From a virus (Duplodnaviria; Caudoviricetes): DNA of 60,507 bases. Positions 10,611 through 20,310 of the stretch are shown here, piece by piece (the first letter of the stretch is position 1; every line of letters starts with the position of its first letter). Location of the stretch: positions 1-60,507 of IMG/VR virus record IMGVR_UViG_3300030090_004814. The stretch is one strand, 5' to 3'. The position numbers and the translations under genes are program-made. Below the pieces are notes generated by a model, which was not told where the DNA came from, did no database searches, and worked only from the letters and a program-made list of their open reading frames with translations.

Positions 10611-10817
10611 CTAAGAAGTAGCGGTCAAAGTACCTGTTGTTATGGCAGCAGCTAAATCAGCTACTGTTATAGTTTTAGCTACTTGTTCAGACTGATCATA
10701 TATTTGAATCAAATCTTGAGAAGCTATTTTACTAGCATCTCCTGCATTTGCGTTCAATAAATCAGCAGTAGCTAATTTAGGAACAGACTTAGTTGGTGCA
10801 TCATCTAAAGTTGGCAT
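10611..10817 (-). CDS. Small virion protein (capsid decoration/head fibre-like)
   Basis: 68 aa directly downstream of the capsid gene; KTITVADL motif typical of fibre anchors. Confidence 0.55.
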   Translation of the reverse strand: MPTLDDAPTKSVPKLATADLLNANAGDASKIASQDLIQIYDQSEQVAKTITVADLAAAITTGTLTATS

Positions 10818-10846
10818 AATTTTTTAAAAGTTAAAATTAATATTAT

Positions 10847-10874
10847 GTGGGGTTCCTTTTTACGGGAACCCCAC
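10847..10874 (-). terminator. Terminator hairpin after capsid gene
   Basis: GTGGGGTTCC/GGAACCCCAC perfect 10-bp stem right after the stop. Confidence 0.7.
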
Positions 10875-10880
10875 TTTAGA

Positions 10881-12275
10881 TTAAACAGCAGCAGGTGTTT
10901 CTGAACCAGAGCCACTACGCTTGAAGAGAATCACGTAACCGAAGTCGGTCTTGATTGGCTTCGTAGCACTTGCTAGAACACCTCTGAAGAACCCACGATC
11001 TGAATCAGGGTTAGTGACAGCGTCTGCAATGTTAGTCCACTTAAAGTCACCTCTGTATGTCATAGGATCAAAAGTGATACCATTACCTCCACTCAGTGGG
11101 TTTGGAATCTGTGACTCACAAACGTCTGGGTGAATGATGTAAGCAACTTCATAAAGTGCTGATTCATAAGAAGAATTAAGATCTCCTGCTGAAGTGTATG
11201 GCTGCTGTCTTGTTAAAGCACCAGCACCACTAATATCAAAACGAGGAGCCATGTCATCAACTAAGTGATAGAAACCTCTGAATGATTTTTCAACACCCAA
11301 CGGAGCAATAAGATCACTTACTGCCGCATTGTTGTAACGAACATCATCACGGAATCCTGCCTCAGTCTTGAGTGTATAAGATGCCTCAGATGAAAGGACA
11401 AGTCCAAACACTGGGCGACCATTCTCACGACCATAAGCATTACTACCTGCACCCTTACGGACAAGCTGGAAATAAGCTTTATCAAGAACTGCGTTTGAGA
11501 TGTTAGCAGACGGAGTGTAATCCTCATCACCAGCTGGTGAGCTTTGGTCAAAGTTAGCTTTAACGTCAAACTGTGAAGTCTGTAAAGTGTCAAAGCTAGC
11601 TGCTACCGCACCTGCACCTGCGTCAGAATCAAAAGCAGTTGTTAAATACTGAGAACTTGAAGACAAGCAAAGAACAATGTTCTTTGCAACACGGTCAAAC
11701 TCATCACGATAACGATTCTCCCAAGTAAACCTTGTAGCATTAGTCATCTGATCCATAATCGCTCTAAGTTGCTCATTACGATGAGCAGCGAAACGTAAAT
11801 CATCTAGTGAAATACGTGGGGACTCGATAACAGCTTTTTTAAGGTTGTACTGCTTCAACTGCTTGTTGAAGTCAAAGAATGCTCTTTGGTCACCATACTC
11901 ACCTGAGTCACCTGTATCAGCATCAGCATTGAGATCATTACCTCTTGTGCCTGGGATAGCAGATGCAGCGTCTTTTAAAGACTGACCCGTAGTCGTATCA
12001 AAAGTGTTAGCTCCTAAAGTAGATCCCGCAACATCGTTCCAGTTTACTCCTACAGTAGTACCACCTGAAGTTGTACGTGGGATAACCCTATCGTAAATCA
12101 AAGTGGTAAGTGTATATCCCATTCCATCAGGGAATGCGGATTGTTTCATTAAATCCATCCAAGGAGATGTATGCAATGTTCTAGAATGAATATCCTGACC
12201 AATTCTATTAGCTTCCTCAGTCAAGATTGTATTAATGGCAGTTATTCCAGTACTGCCTAAGTCAAATGTAGACAT
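10881..12275 (-). CDS. Major capsid protein
   Basis: 464 aa, own strong promoter and terminator, downstream of portal and scaffold; capsid-like composition. Confidence 0.8.
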   Translation of the reverse strand: MSTFDLGSTGITAINTILTEEANRIGQDIHSRTLHTSPWMDLMKQSAFPDGMGYTLTTLIYDRVIPRTTSGGTTVGVNWNDVAGSTLGANTFDTTTGQSLKDAASAIPGTRGNDLNADADTGDSGEYGDQRAFFDFNKQLKQYNLKKAVIESPRISLDDLRFAAHRNEQLRAIMDQMTNATRFTWENRYRDEFDRVAKNIVLCLSSSSQYLTTAFDSDAGAGAVAASFDTLQTSQFDVKANFDQSSPAGDEDYTPSANISNAVLDKAYFQLVRKGAGSNAYGRENGRPVFGLVLSSEASYTLKTEAGFRDDVRYNNAAVSDLIAPLGVEKSFRGFYHLVDDMAPRFDISGAGALTRQQPYTSAGDLNSSYESALYEVAYIIHPDVCESQIPNPLSGGNGITFDPMTYRGDFKWTNIADAVTNPDSDRGFFRGVLASATKPIKTDFGYVILFKRSGSGSETPAAV

Positions 12276-12388
12276 AATTAATAAATAATAGTTGTGCCCT
12301 ATTGGGCGTTAATAAGGTTAAAAAGCAGACCCCTCCCCTGTCGATCAGGGAGCCGATCTTATTTCACGATTGTGAATTTTACTTCTTA

Positions 12389-12470
12389 GAACTAATTCAA
12401 AGGCTAGAGCAACCAGCAAAATTGTATGTATTTGCAACAAGAACTGAACTAATTAATGGCTAGAGCAACC
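12389..12470 (-). promoter_or_regulatory. Tandem motif in capsid 5' leader
   Basis: Two copies of GGTTGCTCTAGCC-N3/4-AATTAGTTC on - strand (12389-12414, 12446-12470). Confidence 0.6.
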
Positions 12471-12488
12471 GTACTTGTGTACCCTATT

Positions 12489-12517
12489 AGTATAACTCAA
12501 AAAAAATAACCATGCAA
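12489..12517 (-). promoter_or_regulatory. sigma70-like promoter for capsid gene
   Basis: TTGCAT-17-TATACT. Confidence 0.7.
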
Positions 12518-12649
12518 ACCACTATTTTTTAGTTAATTTAAAGGATGTTTTACAGTAACCCTTTCAACGGCATACCTATTTGGTTGATTATAAGTATGTT
12601 GATTACTTTATTAATCTTGATTCTTTAAGAAAATAGCTTATATACTCTT

Positions 12650-12841
12650 ATGATTAAGAAACTTATATTATCAATTGGAATCGTTTCACTAGGTTTTTCT
12701 TGTGTTTCTTGTAACACAACTGATGCTACAATCGGATTACCGATACCATTTACTAACCCATCAGTAAGAGTTAATCTTGAAACTCACGTAACACCATTAC
12801 CACCTAAGATCTGTGTGGGTCTTGATGTAGTTGAAGATTAA
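12650..12841 (+). CDS. Small putative lipoprotein, antisense to late operon
   Basis: Basic-hydrophobic signal then Cys (SCVSC); TTGATT..TATACT immediately upstream. Confidence 0.6.
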   Translation: MIKKLILSIGIVSLGFSCVSCNTTDATIGLPIPFTNPSVRVNLETHVTPLPPKICVGLDVVED

Positions 12842-13267
12842 TTACTTCAAAAAAGCTAAAAAGGCCACCCTCCCAAAAGGTTGGTGCACCGTTCTATGCT
12901 CTTCATCACTACTATGGATTGCTAAACTACAGTAATGCTCATCAGGAAGTATCTTCGTACCATCCCTATACTCTAGATATCCCGCCTCTTTGTTGTTCTT
13001 TAAAAGAATAGAACAACCATACTTACACCAAAGCATGTGTTTTTTACTCCCTGTATCTAAATGCCAATCGTGTGCCCTACCTAAATTTTCTAATCTAAAG
13101 TAAGCAGGGGACTCCCAAGAAGCTTTTACCTCTGAGTTTATAACATCTTTGATTTTTGTTATAATACTAGAAGGAAGTATAGGGTCTTTTCTTTTCTCTT
13201 CTTTCGCAAGCCTAGCAAGAATATCTGCTTCTTCAGGTGTAATAATATCTTTAATTAATTGTTTCAT
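12842..13267 (-). CDS. 2OG-Fe(II) oxygenase
   Basis: HxD (WHLD)...G.L.Y...H(EEHR)...R pattern of the DSBH fold. Confidence 0.7.
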   Translation of the reverse strand: MKQLIKDIITPEEADILARLAKEEKRKDPILPSSIITKIKDVINSEVKASWESPAYFRLENLGRAHDWHLDTGSKKHMLWCKYGCSILLKNNKEAGYLEYRDGTKILPDEHYCSLAIHSSDEEHRTVHQPFGRVAFLAFLK

Positions 13268-13636
13268 TTAAGCTCCCCACATTACCCTAACTCTAAACAT
13301 CTCTGATCGAATCCAATCGTAGATATTACCGTTAGAGTCTTTGTATTGTAGTCTAAACGAAATATACTCGTTAAAATTGCTACGTATAGGTACAAATGGC
13401 CTATGCCAAAGAAACTTTGGATCTATAATACCATCTTGATCTACCTGTTTCACCTCTACAATATACCAAATAGGTCGATCAAAAGTAGAGTCTGATACCC
13501 AACCAAGTGTTATCCACCCACTATAGATGTCATGTTCTATAATTATTTCAGGTACTGGAGGTACGGTTCCCCAATGATCATCTGCTTGAAGTAATGGGGA
13601 TATACTACAAAACAGGGCTGTTAACAGCCATTTCAC
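13268..13636 (-). CDS. Secreted hypothetical protein (Ig/FN3-like)
   Basis: N-terminal signal peptide; beta-strand pattern LGW...YIVEVK...FRVRV. Confidence 0.5.
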   Translation of the reverse strand: MKWLLTALFCSISPLLQADDHWGTVPPVPEIIIEHDIYSGWITLGWVSDSTFDRPIWYIVEVKQVDQDGIIDPKFLWHRPFVPIRSNFNEYISFRLQYKDSNGNIYDWIRSEMFRVRVMWGA

Positions 13637-13637
13637 A

Positions 13638-13931
13638 TCAATGATCCTTCGGCACTCCGTTATATAATTTTGACATTACTTTGTCCATATCCATTTCTAA
13701 CATACCTATCTTTAAATCTTGCCTTACATCTGATGGTAAAGATCCAGACCCCCATTTACCTGCGGGCCAAAGTTTAACAAACTCTGAGTTCTCACTAACA
13801 TCTTTAGCAATCATCTGTATTTGAAAATCATTGTGCTGAACATCTGATTGTAATTTAGAAGCCCACCAAACTATACCTGCGGCTTGTACTACAAGACCTA
13901 TTCCTAATGATAATAATGTTTTAGTATCCAC
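13638..13931 (-). CDS. Membrane-anchored hypothetical protein
   Basis: N-terminal TM helix (IVWWASKL) followed by coiled coil. Confidence 0.6.
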   Translation of the reverse strand: MDTKTLLSLGIGLVVQAAGIVWWASKLQSDVQHNDFQIQMIAKDVSENSEFVKLWPAGKWGSGSLPSDVRQDLKIGMLEMDMDKVMSKLYNGVPKDH

Positions 13932-14109
13932 TTTTCTTTTTAAGTCTAGATTCTACGGCTTCAGAAAAAGAATTACGCTTCTTTTTAGGTTTGGTATGAC
14001 CATACCCTTTCTTCTTTAACTCAAGGTGCTTTTTATAAGTACCCGCCCTAACACCTTTACCAGTCTTAGGATCATACATCATGTGTGGTTTGAAATCTTT
14101 CTTTTTCAT
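13921..14109 (-). CDS. Small basic protein
   Basis: 62 aa, Lys-rich, PHMMYDPKTGKG; C-terminal SFSEAVESRL. Confidence 0.7.
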   Translation of the reverse strand: MKKKDFKPHMMYDPKTGKGVRAGTYKKHLELKKKGYGHTKPKKKRNSFSEAVESRLKKKSGY

Positions 14110-14372
14110 TTTTTCTTTTTCTTTTTCTTTTTATAAGAAGATTTTAAGAAAGCTGCACGTTCAGCTTTAGTGTATTTAGCTCTCTGCTTACCTGAAGCAG
14201 TCGCTTTTCGTTTCCTACGAGTTCCAGCAGCATACTCAGCAGAAGATAATGATTTTATAGCAGCCTCAGGTAAATAACGCTCTCCTGTCTCAGAAGACTT
14301 CTTACCCGACTTAGTACGCCATTTCTGTTTAGTCCAAGCTTTTAATGACTTCTGAGGCTTCTTTAAAGACAT
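14106..14372 (-). CDS. Small basic protein (DUF5872-like, C-terminal half)
   Basis: QKSLKAWTKQKWRTK..GERYLP..AIKSLS. Confidence 0.65.
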   Translation of the reverse strand: MSLKKPQKSLKAWTKQKWRTKSGKKSSETGERYLPEAAIKSLSSAEYAAGTRRKRKATASGKQRAKYTKAERAAFLKSSYKKKKKKKK

Positions 14373-14557
14373 TATTTATAGCCTCCACCCCTCTTTTTAT
14401 ACTCTCTAGCAAGCATTTGAGCTTTCCGTGCAGACCATTGTCCTGGTTTGCCACCTTTAGAACCTGCCATAATCTTTTTAAACAAAGCCTTTCGCATTCC
14501 TGGCTTCGTATAATTACCTGCTTTGTTGACTGTTGATTTCTTTTTAGGCATTACCAA
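14372..14557 (-). CDS. Small basic protein (DUF5872-like, N-terminal half)
   Basis: YTKP..GSKGGKPGQWSARKAQ..YK..GGGY. Confidence 0.65.
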   Translation of the reverse strand: MVMPKKKSTVNKAGNYTKPGMRKALFKKIMAGSKGGKPGQWSARKAQMLAREYKKRGGGYK

Positions 14558-14838
14558 AGTTTCTTACAAGCCCAATAACGAGCAGTTAACTTATCTTTAG
14601 CTGTATCACAGTTATGTCTAGATCTAAAATTCTTTCTCCTCTTAGGGTCTTTGTGTTGTCTGAAATCTTTATAATCTCTATGCCCGAAACCAATCTTTTT
14701 AATCTTGTCCCCACTCTTAGCTAAAACAAAAAACTTCTTTTTGCTACCCGAAGGAGCTTTCTTTGGTTTATTGAAACCAGGGAAAGTCTCCCCTAAGTAA
14801 CTAATCTTACCTGAAGGAAGTCTTTTGAACCGTGCCAT
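14551..14838 (-). CDS. Small basic phage protein (DUF5754-like)
   Basis: FG...KDPKRRKNFRSRH.C....TARYW motif. Confidence 0.6.
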   Translation of the reverse strand: MARFKRLPSGKISYLGETFPGFNKPKKAPSGSKKKFFVLAKSGDKIKKIGFGHRDYKDFRQHKDPKRRKNFRSRHNCDTAKDKLTARYWACKKLW

Positions 14839-15860
14839 TATCTATAAAGAGCCGATAAATTTCTATCTTTTCCGATACGGGAAAAAAGATTCCCAAAGAA
14901 ACTTTTAGGTTTGGCTTTTTTTAATGTTGGCATAGGTACTGGTTTTAAAGTTTTACCATCAATAGTGATACCACCTTCCCGCTGAATTATTGGCATATTA
15001 CTCTCAAAACTACTATCTTGCTGAAGCATTGGCATAGGCACTGCCTCTATCGGCTTATCCTCCATGAAGCCTAAGAAATCAGCGGCTCTTTTACTCATCT
15101 CAGCTCGATCCATTTCTTTTTTAAGCATCTCATTCAAAGCTCTGTTCTCTGCCATGCCTTTATAAGCTTCAGCAAATTTTGGGAACCTCTCCATCATACT
15201 CTCAATAATACCTTTTGGTTTATCAGGAGCATCTTCCAAAACAGTCTGACCTGCTGAATCCATGCCCTTGAAACTTTGATTGGCTACTGGAGGAGCGGGA
15301 TACTTTTCCTTCAACTGCTCATTCAAAGCTCTGTTCTCCGCCATGCCTTTATAAGCTTCCGAAAATTTTGGGTACCTCCCCATCATACTCTCAATAATAC
15401 CTTTTGGTTTATCAGGAGCACCCTCATACACCTCTTTTGCATAATCAGGCATTTCCATAGATTCCTCTGCGGGTCCTTCATACACCTCTTTTGCATAATC
15501 AGGCATTTCCATAGACTCTTCTACAGGCTTATCTTGCAAACCTTCATACACATCTTTCGCCTCTTGGGGAATCTCCATAGCAGGTTCTGCCAACTTAGAA
15601 ACAGTAGACTCAATCTTGTCATCCATTTCTTCGGCTTTTGGAGCAGCAGACGCTTTGCTAGCTACAATAGGGGCACCCGCAGAAGCTACTGCTGCTGCTG
15701 ACCTACGGTCCCTACCTACTGGGCGACCACCTCTCGTACTCTTTGAACCAGAAAGTGCAGAAGCTTTACCCCCAAAAAAAGTATCTCTGTCTTGTTGTGA
15801 TCGTGCTGCTGAAGCAGCTAATGGAATTCTCTTTTTACGTCGTTTGATAAATCTAGCCAT
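14838..15860 (-). CDS. Low-complexity, internally repeated protein (possible internal virion protein)
   Basis: Basic N-terminus; EESMEMPDYAKEVYEG x2-3; 38-aa unit APDKPKGIIESMM.R.PKF.EAYKGMAENRALNE x2. Confidence 0.7.
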   Translation of the reverse strand: MARFIKRRKKRIPLAASAARSQQDRDTFFGGKASALSGSKSTRGGRPVGRDRRSAAAVASAGAPIVASKASAAPKAEEMDDKIESTVSKLAEPAMEIPQEAKDVYEGLQDKPVEESMEMPDYAKEVYEGPAEESMEMPDYAKEVYEGAPDKPKGIIESMMGRYPKFSEAYKGMAENRALNEQLKEKYPAPPVANQSFKGMDSAGQTVLEDAPDKPKGIIESMMERFPKFAEAYKGMAENRALNEMLKKEMDRAEMSKRAADFLGFMEDKPIEAVPMPMLQQDSSFESNMPIIQREGGITIDGKTLKPVPMPTLKKAKPKSFFGNLFSRIGKDRNLSALYR

Positions 15861-15868
15861 GACAGGCT

Positions 15869-15897
15869 AAAATAAACTATGTTTGTAAATTATGCAA
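15869..15897 (-). promoter_or_regulatory. sigma70-like promoter
   Basis: TTGCAT-17-TATTTT, 8 nt before ATG 15860. Confidence 0.5.
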
Positions 15898-17130
15898 CTA
15901 ACCTCCGAAAGCTGCCGAAACAGCCTCCTCAAAGGACATATCACCCCTAACCCCACTAGATTTTGCCTTACCATCCCCTACAGGTGCTCCTGACATTGTA
16001 GGTTCAGCCTCCTCATATTCAGCTAATTTTGACAGCAAATTCTCGTTCTCCTTCTGAAGAGTAAAAAATTCTTGGACAACCCTCGGCAACAAGTCCCCGG
16101 CTACACTCCCATAAGCGAAATCAACTGGATGTACAACAGCAGGATCTAATGAAGATGCCTTCTCTTGTATCCCATCTAAATCTACTCCCTCTAGTCCTGT
16201 GATAAAAGGCAACTTCTCCTTCACACGCTGCACCACATTCTTTGAAACAGACTGACGTACACGCACTTTTTCAGCCAACTCATTGTTCATTTTCTCTTCT
16301 TCCAAAGCTTTTGCCTCGTTCAACGCCACATCCACATTCTCATACATCTCCTGCCTCTGCGACAAAATAGGCTCAATGTCCTCAATCATTCTATACACCT
16401 TCGCCTTATCCCTTGCTGACATATTAGGGAAATGTTGATCCAAAGCTTCATCCTGCAATTCAGGATTGTCTAAGGACATTATATCAATAATAACATCCCC
16501 CTCTACATCATAATGATCAGAAATCGCTATTGCCTGATCAAGGATGTTGTTCAAAGGTTCAGAGATCACCTCTTTATACGCCTCAGTTGATTCAAGATCT
16601 GTGAAGGCTTGTTGTTCCTCATACTTTGCCACCTTATCCTTCAAAGCGTCTATATCACGATCCTCAACCAAACTAGCCATCTCCATCAATTGAGATGTCT
16701 GCTCCTTAGTCAACTGCTTCAACTCCTCTAACTCAGAACGATTGTTTTTAAGTTCAGATTTCAACTCCTTAAAGCGATTAGCCGCTTTAGGTGTCCAATC
16801 CTGTAAATTTTCAGTCAGGCTCTCAACAGGCTCTTCGCCTTCGGAAGAAGAATCCTCTGCAACCTCTTGCTTAACTTCTTCGGTGACTTCTTTAACATTT
16901 TTTGCAGCAGCTTGTTCCTCCGCTTGTACTTCAGGCTGCGCCTCCTGTTTTGGCGGCTCCTCTGATACTGGTTCAGGTGTCGGCTCTGGCTTTGGGTTAA
17001 ACGCATTTTCTATTGCATCCATAAAAGATACATTAGATTCTGATGACTGCTCTGGTAAAGATTCCAAAGCATCGGTTGGCTGTTCAGCTACAGGGGCTTC
17101 TACTGTTGCGGTTTCTGAATGTGCATCCAT
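15898..17130 (-). CDS. Capsid scaffolding protein
   Basis: 410 aa, very acidic, coiled-coil, between portal and capsid genes. Confidence 0.75.
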   Translation of the reverse strand: MDAHSETATVEAPVAEQPTDALESLPEQSSESNVSFMDAIENAFNPKPEPTPEPVSEEPPKQEAQPEVQAEEQAAAKNVKEVTEEVKQEVAEDSSSEGEEPVESLTENLQDWTPKAANRFKELKSELKNNRSELEELKQLTKEQTSQLMEMASLVEDRDIDALKDKVAKYEEQQAFTDLESTEAYKEVISEPLNNILDQAIAISDHYDVEGDVIIDIMSLDNPELQDEALDQHFPNMSARDKAKVYRMIEDIEPILSQRQEMYENVDVALNEAKALEEEKMNNELAEKVRVRQSVSKNVVQRVKEKLPFITGLEGVDLDGIQEKASSLDPAVVHPVDFAYGSVAGDLLPRVVQEFFTLQKENENLLSKLAEYEEAEPTMSGAPVGDGKAKSSGVRGDMSFEEAVSAAFGG

Positions 17131-17411
17131 TCTTCTGCTATTTGGTTGTTTGTTGTGTTTGTACTTCTGACTTTTGTCAGTTTATGTAAATCACTGAAAG
17201 CATCACGATACCCAGCGTACCATGCGTGACGGTTGCTGTTAACTCCTGTATCGGTTGAGACTCCTCCATAAGTTGGTCCTGCTGACTCTTTAAGAGTTGC
17301 TGCTGCCGTCTGGAAAGCCTCAGATTCCAGGACAGTTCGCAGTTCTTCAATTCTTTGGACATCTTTAAACCACCTATCCAAAGGAATAGGCAAGGATATT
17401 TTTTTTGGCAT
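17100..17411 (-). CDS. Hypothetical protein (portal-adjacent head assembly)
   Basis: 103-aa helical ORF between portal and scaffold. Confidence 0.6.
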   Translation of the reverse strand: MPKKISLPIPLDRWFKDVQRIEELRTVLESEAFQTAAATLKESAGPTYGGVSTDTGVNSNRHAWYAGYRDAFSDLHKLTKVRSTNTTNNQIAEEWMHIQKPQQ

Positions 17412-17413
17412 AT

Positions 17414-19630
17414 TTAACTCTGTTCACTTAGCTCTCTCGCATTTTTTGCGTCTCTAATGGCTAAGTCCTGCTCAAACTCGGCTTGCTTTATTTCCATGTC
17501 AAGTTTTGCTTTGTCTAAAGCTATCTTATTTTTCACTTCAGCCTCTCGCATTTTCGCTGCCATAGCAGCATCACCCGACTGCTCCTGACCTCCCGCTTCA
17601 GCTTGCTCACGCTTCATCTTCTCAATCTTCTGAGAAGTATTGTAAATCATCTCCTGAGTAAAGTTCAATACCTGCTTCGCTTCACCAACTAACAACTTCT
17701 GCATCGGATCTCCCGCCAATGCCTGAACCGTCTGACTCACATGATCATAAAACGCCTGTAAAGCAGGGAATGCTTGCACTGGGTCAGCAACACCCTCATC
17801 CAACTGCTGCAATAACTGATTCAATGTCGGTAAATGCACCTGCAAATGCGTCGCATGTAACTCATTAGGTACAACAGGTACTGGCTTACCTTCCATCATA
17901 TCCTGATTCTCAAAGTAAGCGATCTTCAAATCAATAGTAGGTCGCTCCTGCTCCTGCTGTGGCATATACCTGTCAGCCAAATCATGACCAACACGAGTTG
18001 CCACAATGTCACGAGTCAAATTCTTACGACCCGTCTCATCAAACTGACCAGACACCGCTTGCAACTCTCGCAATGCAGTAAACCTATTCGCTTGTGAACC
18101 ACTACCAATTGATCTAACGGCTTTAGTCCGACTAATATCCAACGTCTTGATAAATGATTCCTGAACTCCTCGCACTGCACACCGATCATAAAACTCTTTA
18201 ACCGCACCATCCCTACGCTTGTTCTCAACAACCCTACGGACAATCTCCTTCATCAACCTGGTCCAACTCGCATAAAATAAATTCAACGAAGCTCCAGACA
18301 GTCTAGTAGCCACATCCATGTCAGCCACCACCTGCATCTTGTTACGATACGGAGAACTTTGTTGCGAACCATACGTGCTCACTGTATCAGTGTTCAGGGC
18401 TAACTGATTCGTAATATCATTTAAGGCAGGTTGCACTGCCGTGCTCAAATTAGGCACTGCCTTCTCAATAATGTTCACGTTTGGCGACAGCACCGCATAT
18501 GCTCCGTAATACGTGAAACTGAGTTCATCCAATGCCCTTTGGTTCTCAGGCTGTATCATCACAGCCGATCCCAACATCGCACCGTCTATCATCTGACAGC
18601 GCAACCTGTTACTTGTTTGGATGTGATTAAATATACGATGCCCTAATCCTCGAATAGAGTGATAAGTGCCATTCGAGCCAACACCATACGTGAACATCAC
18701 AAACGCTTGTTCAGGCTTCTCATACCTTGAAATCTTCTCGTACATGAACTTCTTAGGCTTGTCCTCCGCACATATAAAATGCGAAACAGACCCATCCATC
18801 TCACGTACCCAAAAATGTAAAACAGATACTGTAGGGTTTTGATAACTGTGATAAAGATCATTGTTCTTTAACTCAGCCTGATAAGACTCCCAATCAGAAG
18901 TGTAGTTCATTCCTGTTCTACCCTGCGTAGTCACATTTTCCATGATTACACGCTTAACTTCCGCAATATCCCAACCAACACTCTTCGCAGCCTTCTCATT
19001 TTTTATGAAGCCAAACAACTCATGCAAATGATACTGCCTACGACCAATCGCTATATCCACAAAGTTTTCATCAGCGGGAGTCTGCCTAGGTATCAAAATA
19101 TCCGCAAAACTACCTACCCTAAACTTCCAGTCATCGGGGGTGTCAAAATAAGCCACTCCCGTACCGTGCTTCACAAAAGTCGTGCACAAACGCAAATAAC
19201 TATTGTGAAACTCAGGCCAACTCCGCAACATATGGGTCAACTCTTCAGAAACAATATCCTCTTGAGTCTTGATCTCTGATCTCTGACCCTGTGTTCCTCT
19301 AACTTCAACAAGTGTTTCTAGTGAAGAATATAAATCCACATAGGCAGATAACGAAATATCCAACAATCTTTGAGCTTCTCCAAAATTCAGATTGGTTTTT
19401 AGACCCTGACCACTAGCATTTAAGCGTTTAGAATCATAGGGACTAGCTCCATCAAACATAGAATCTACCCTCGACCTGTTAATCGAAGAAGCTTCATCCG
19501 CTTTTTGAAGGCTTCTAAAAATGCTTAGAGCACTATTGACATCTTTTAAGCGGCTCTTTTCTGGCTTCCCCTTTTCATCGAGATTTCCTAATTCACTAAG
19601 AGCGTCTATCGAATATTTTTCTGTTGACAT
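17414..19630 (-). CDS. Portal protein
   Basis: 738 aa, helical with C-terminal coiled coil, first gene of the head module. Confidence 0.75.
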   Translation of the reverse strand: MSTEKYSIDALSELGNLDEKGKPEKSRLKDVNSALSIFRSLQKADEASSINRSRVDSMFDGASPYDSKRLNASGQGLKTNLNFGEAQRLLDISLSAYVDLYSSLETLVEVRGTQGQRSEIKTQEDIVSEELTHMLRSWPEFHNSYLRLCTTFVKHGTGVAYFDTPDDWKFRVGSFADILIPRQTPADENFVDIAIGRRQYHLHELFGFIKNEKAAKSVGWDIAEVKRVIMENVTTQGRTGMNYTSDWESYQAELKNNDLYHSYQNPTVSVLHFWVREMDGSVSHFICAEDKPKKFMYEKISRYEKPEQAFVMFTYGVGSNGTYHSIRGLGHRIFNHIQTSNRLRCQMIDGAMLGSAVMIQPENQRALDELSFTYYGAYAVLSPNVNIIEKAVPNLSTAVQPALNDITNQLALNTDTVSTYGSQQSSPYRNKMQVVADMDVATRLSGASLNLFYASWTRLMKEIVRRVVENKRRDGAVKEFYDRCAVRGVQESFIKTLDISRTKAVRSIGSGSQANRFTALRELQAVSGQFDETGRKNLTRDIVATRVGHDLADRYMPQQEQERPTIDLKIAYFENQDMMEGKPVPVVPNELHATHLQVHLPTLNQLLQQLDEGVADPVQAFPALQAFYDHVSQTVQALAGDPMQKLLVGEAKQVLNFTQEMIYNTSQKIEKMKREQAEAGGQEQSGDAAMAAKMREAEVKNKIALDKAKLDMEIKQAEFEQDLAIRDAKNARELSEQS

Positions 19631-19658
19631 GTACCTTTAAATTTAAGCCTTTTTTCAA

Positions 19659-20171
19659 CTACAGCAAGGCGGAATCTTCACCCCACACCTCCTCTACCAA
19701 AGTAGCCACTCTCTTGTTCCTTCTCGTCCCATCAGAATGGTACAAAGTTACATAGGGGTGACCACCACTCATCAAAAACTCACGTAACAAAAAACACTTA
19801 CCAGCATTCCTACCTCTCTTTGGAGGGTCTACACAGTAAATGGCTCCATAAGGCGTGATTACATATCTCGCCCATTCAGGGATCATCCGCACATCAAATT
19901 TCTCAAACACATCTTCTTTGGTGAAATGAGTCTTAGGTTTATTGAACATGGATTCGGCTAGGCGTTCAGAGTCAAATGTCCAAACCCGCCCTTTGTCATT
20001 TCGGATCGTTGCGTACCAGCGAGAGCAAATATATCGCTGTTTCATCTTCTTTAACTTCCCTTGTGGTGATCTTCTGTAAACAAAGCCATTTTTATCTATC
20101 TCGAATGGCGCAGCTTTGGCGATCTTCTTGGTTTCTATATTTTCTGTTACAATTTCAGTAATGTTTTCCAT
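19659..20171 (-). CDS. NUMOD4-like DNA-binding protein (no HNH catalytic motif seen)
   Basis: IPEWARYVITPYGAIY...GHPYVTLY..G.RRNKRVATLV pattern. Confidence 0.5.
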   Translation of the reverse strand: MENITEIVTENIETKKIAKAAPFEIDKNGFVYRRSPQGKLKKMKQRYICSRWYATIRNDKGRVWTFDSERLAESMFNKPKTHFTKEDVFEKFDVRMIPEWARYVITPYGAIYCVDPPKRGRNAGKCFLLREFLMSGGHPYVTLYHSDGTRRNKRVATLVEEVWGEDSALL

Positions 20172-20215
20172 GAGGTGCTTTTTCTTAGTTATTTTCTTAT
20201 TTTCTTATTTATTAT

Positions 20216-20310
20216 CCCCTACCTAAAAACTTCCTTAGAATAGGTTAAGCATATTATTTCATATTGTTGTAAAATGCTAAAGTAACTTATAGAAAGTTTT
20301 TGAGGTGGGG
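20216..20310. repeat. Bipartite conserved element, copy 1, in a hairpin
   Basis: CCCCTACCTAAAAACTT-N12-TTAAGCATATTATTTCATATTGTTGTAAAATGCT; second copy at 42953-43015. Confidence 0.85.
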
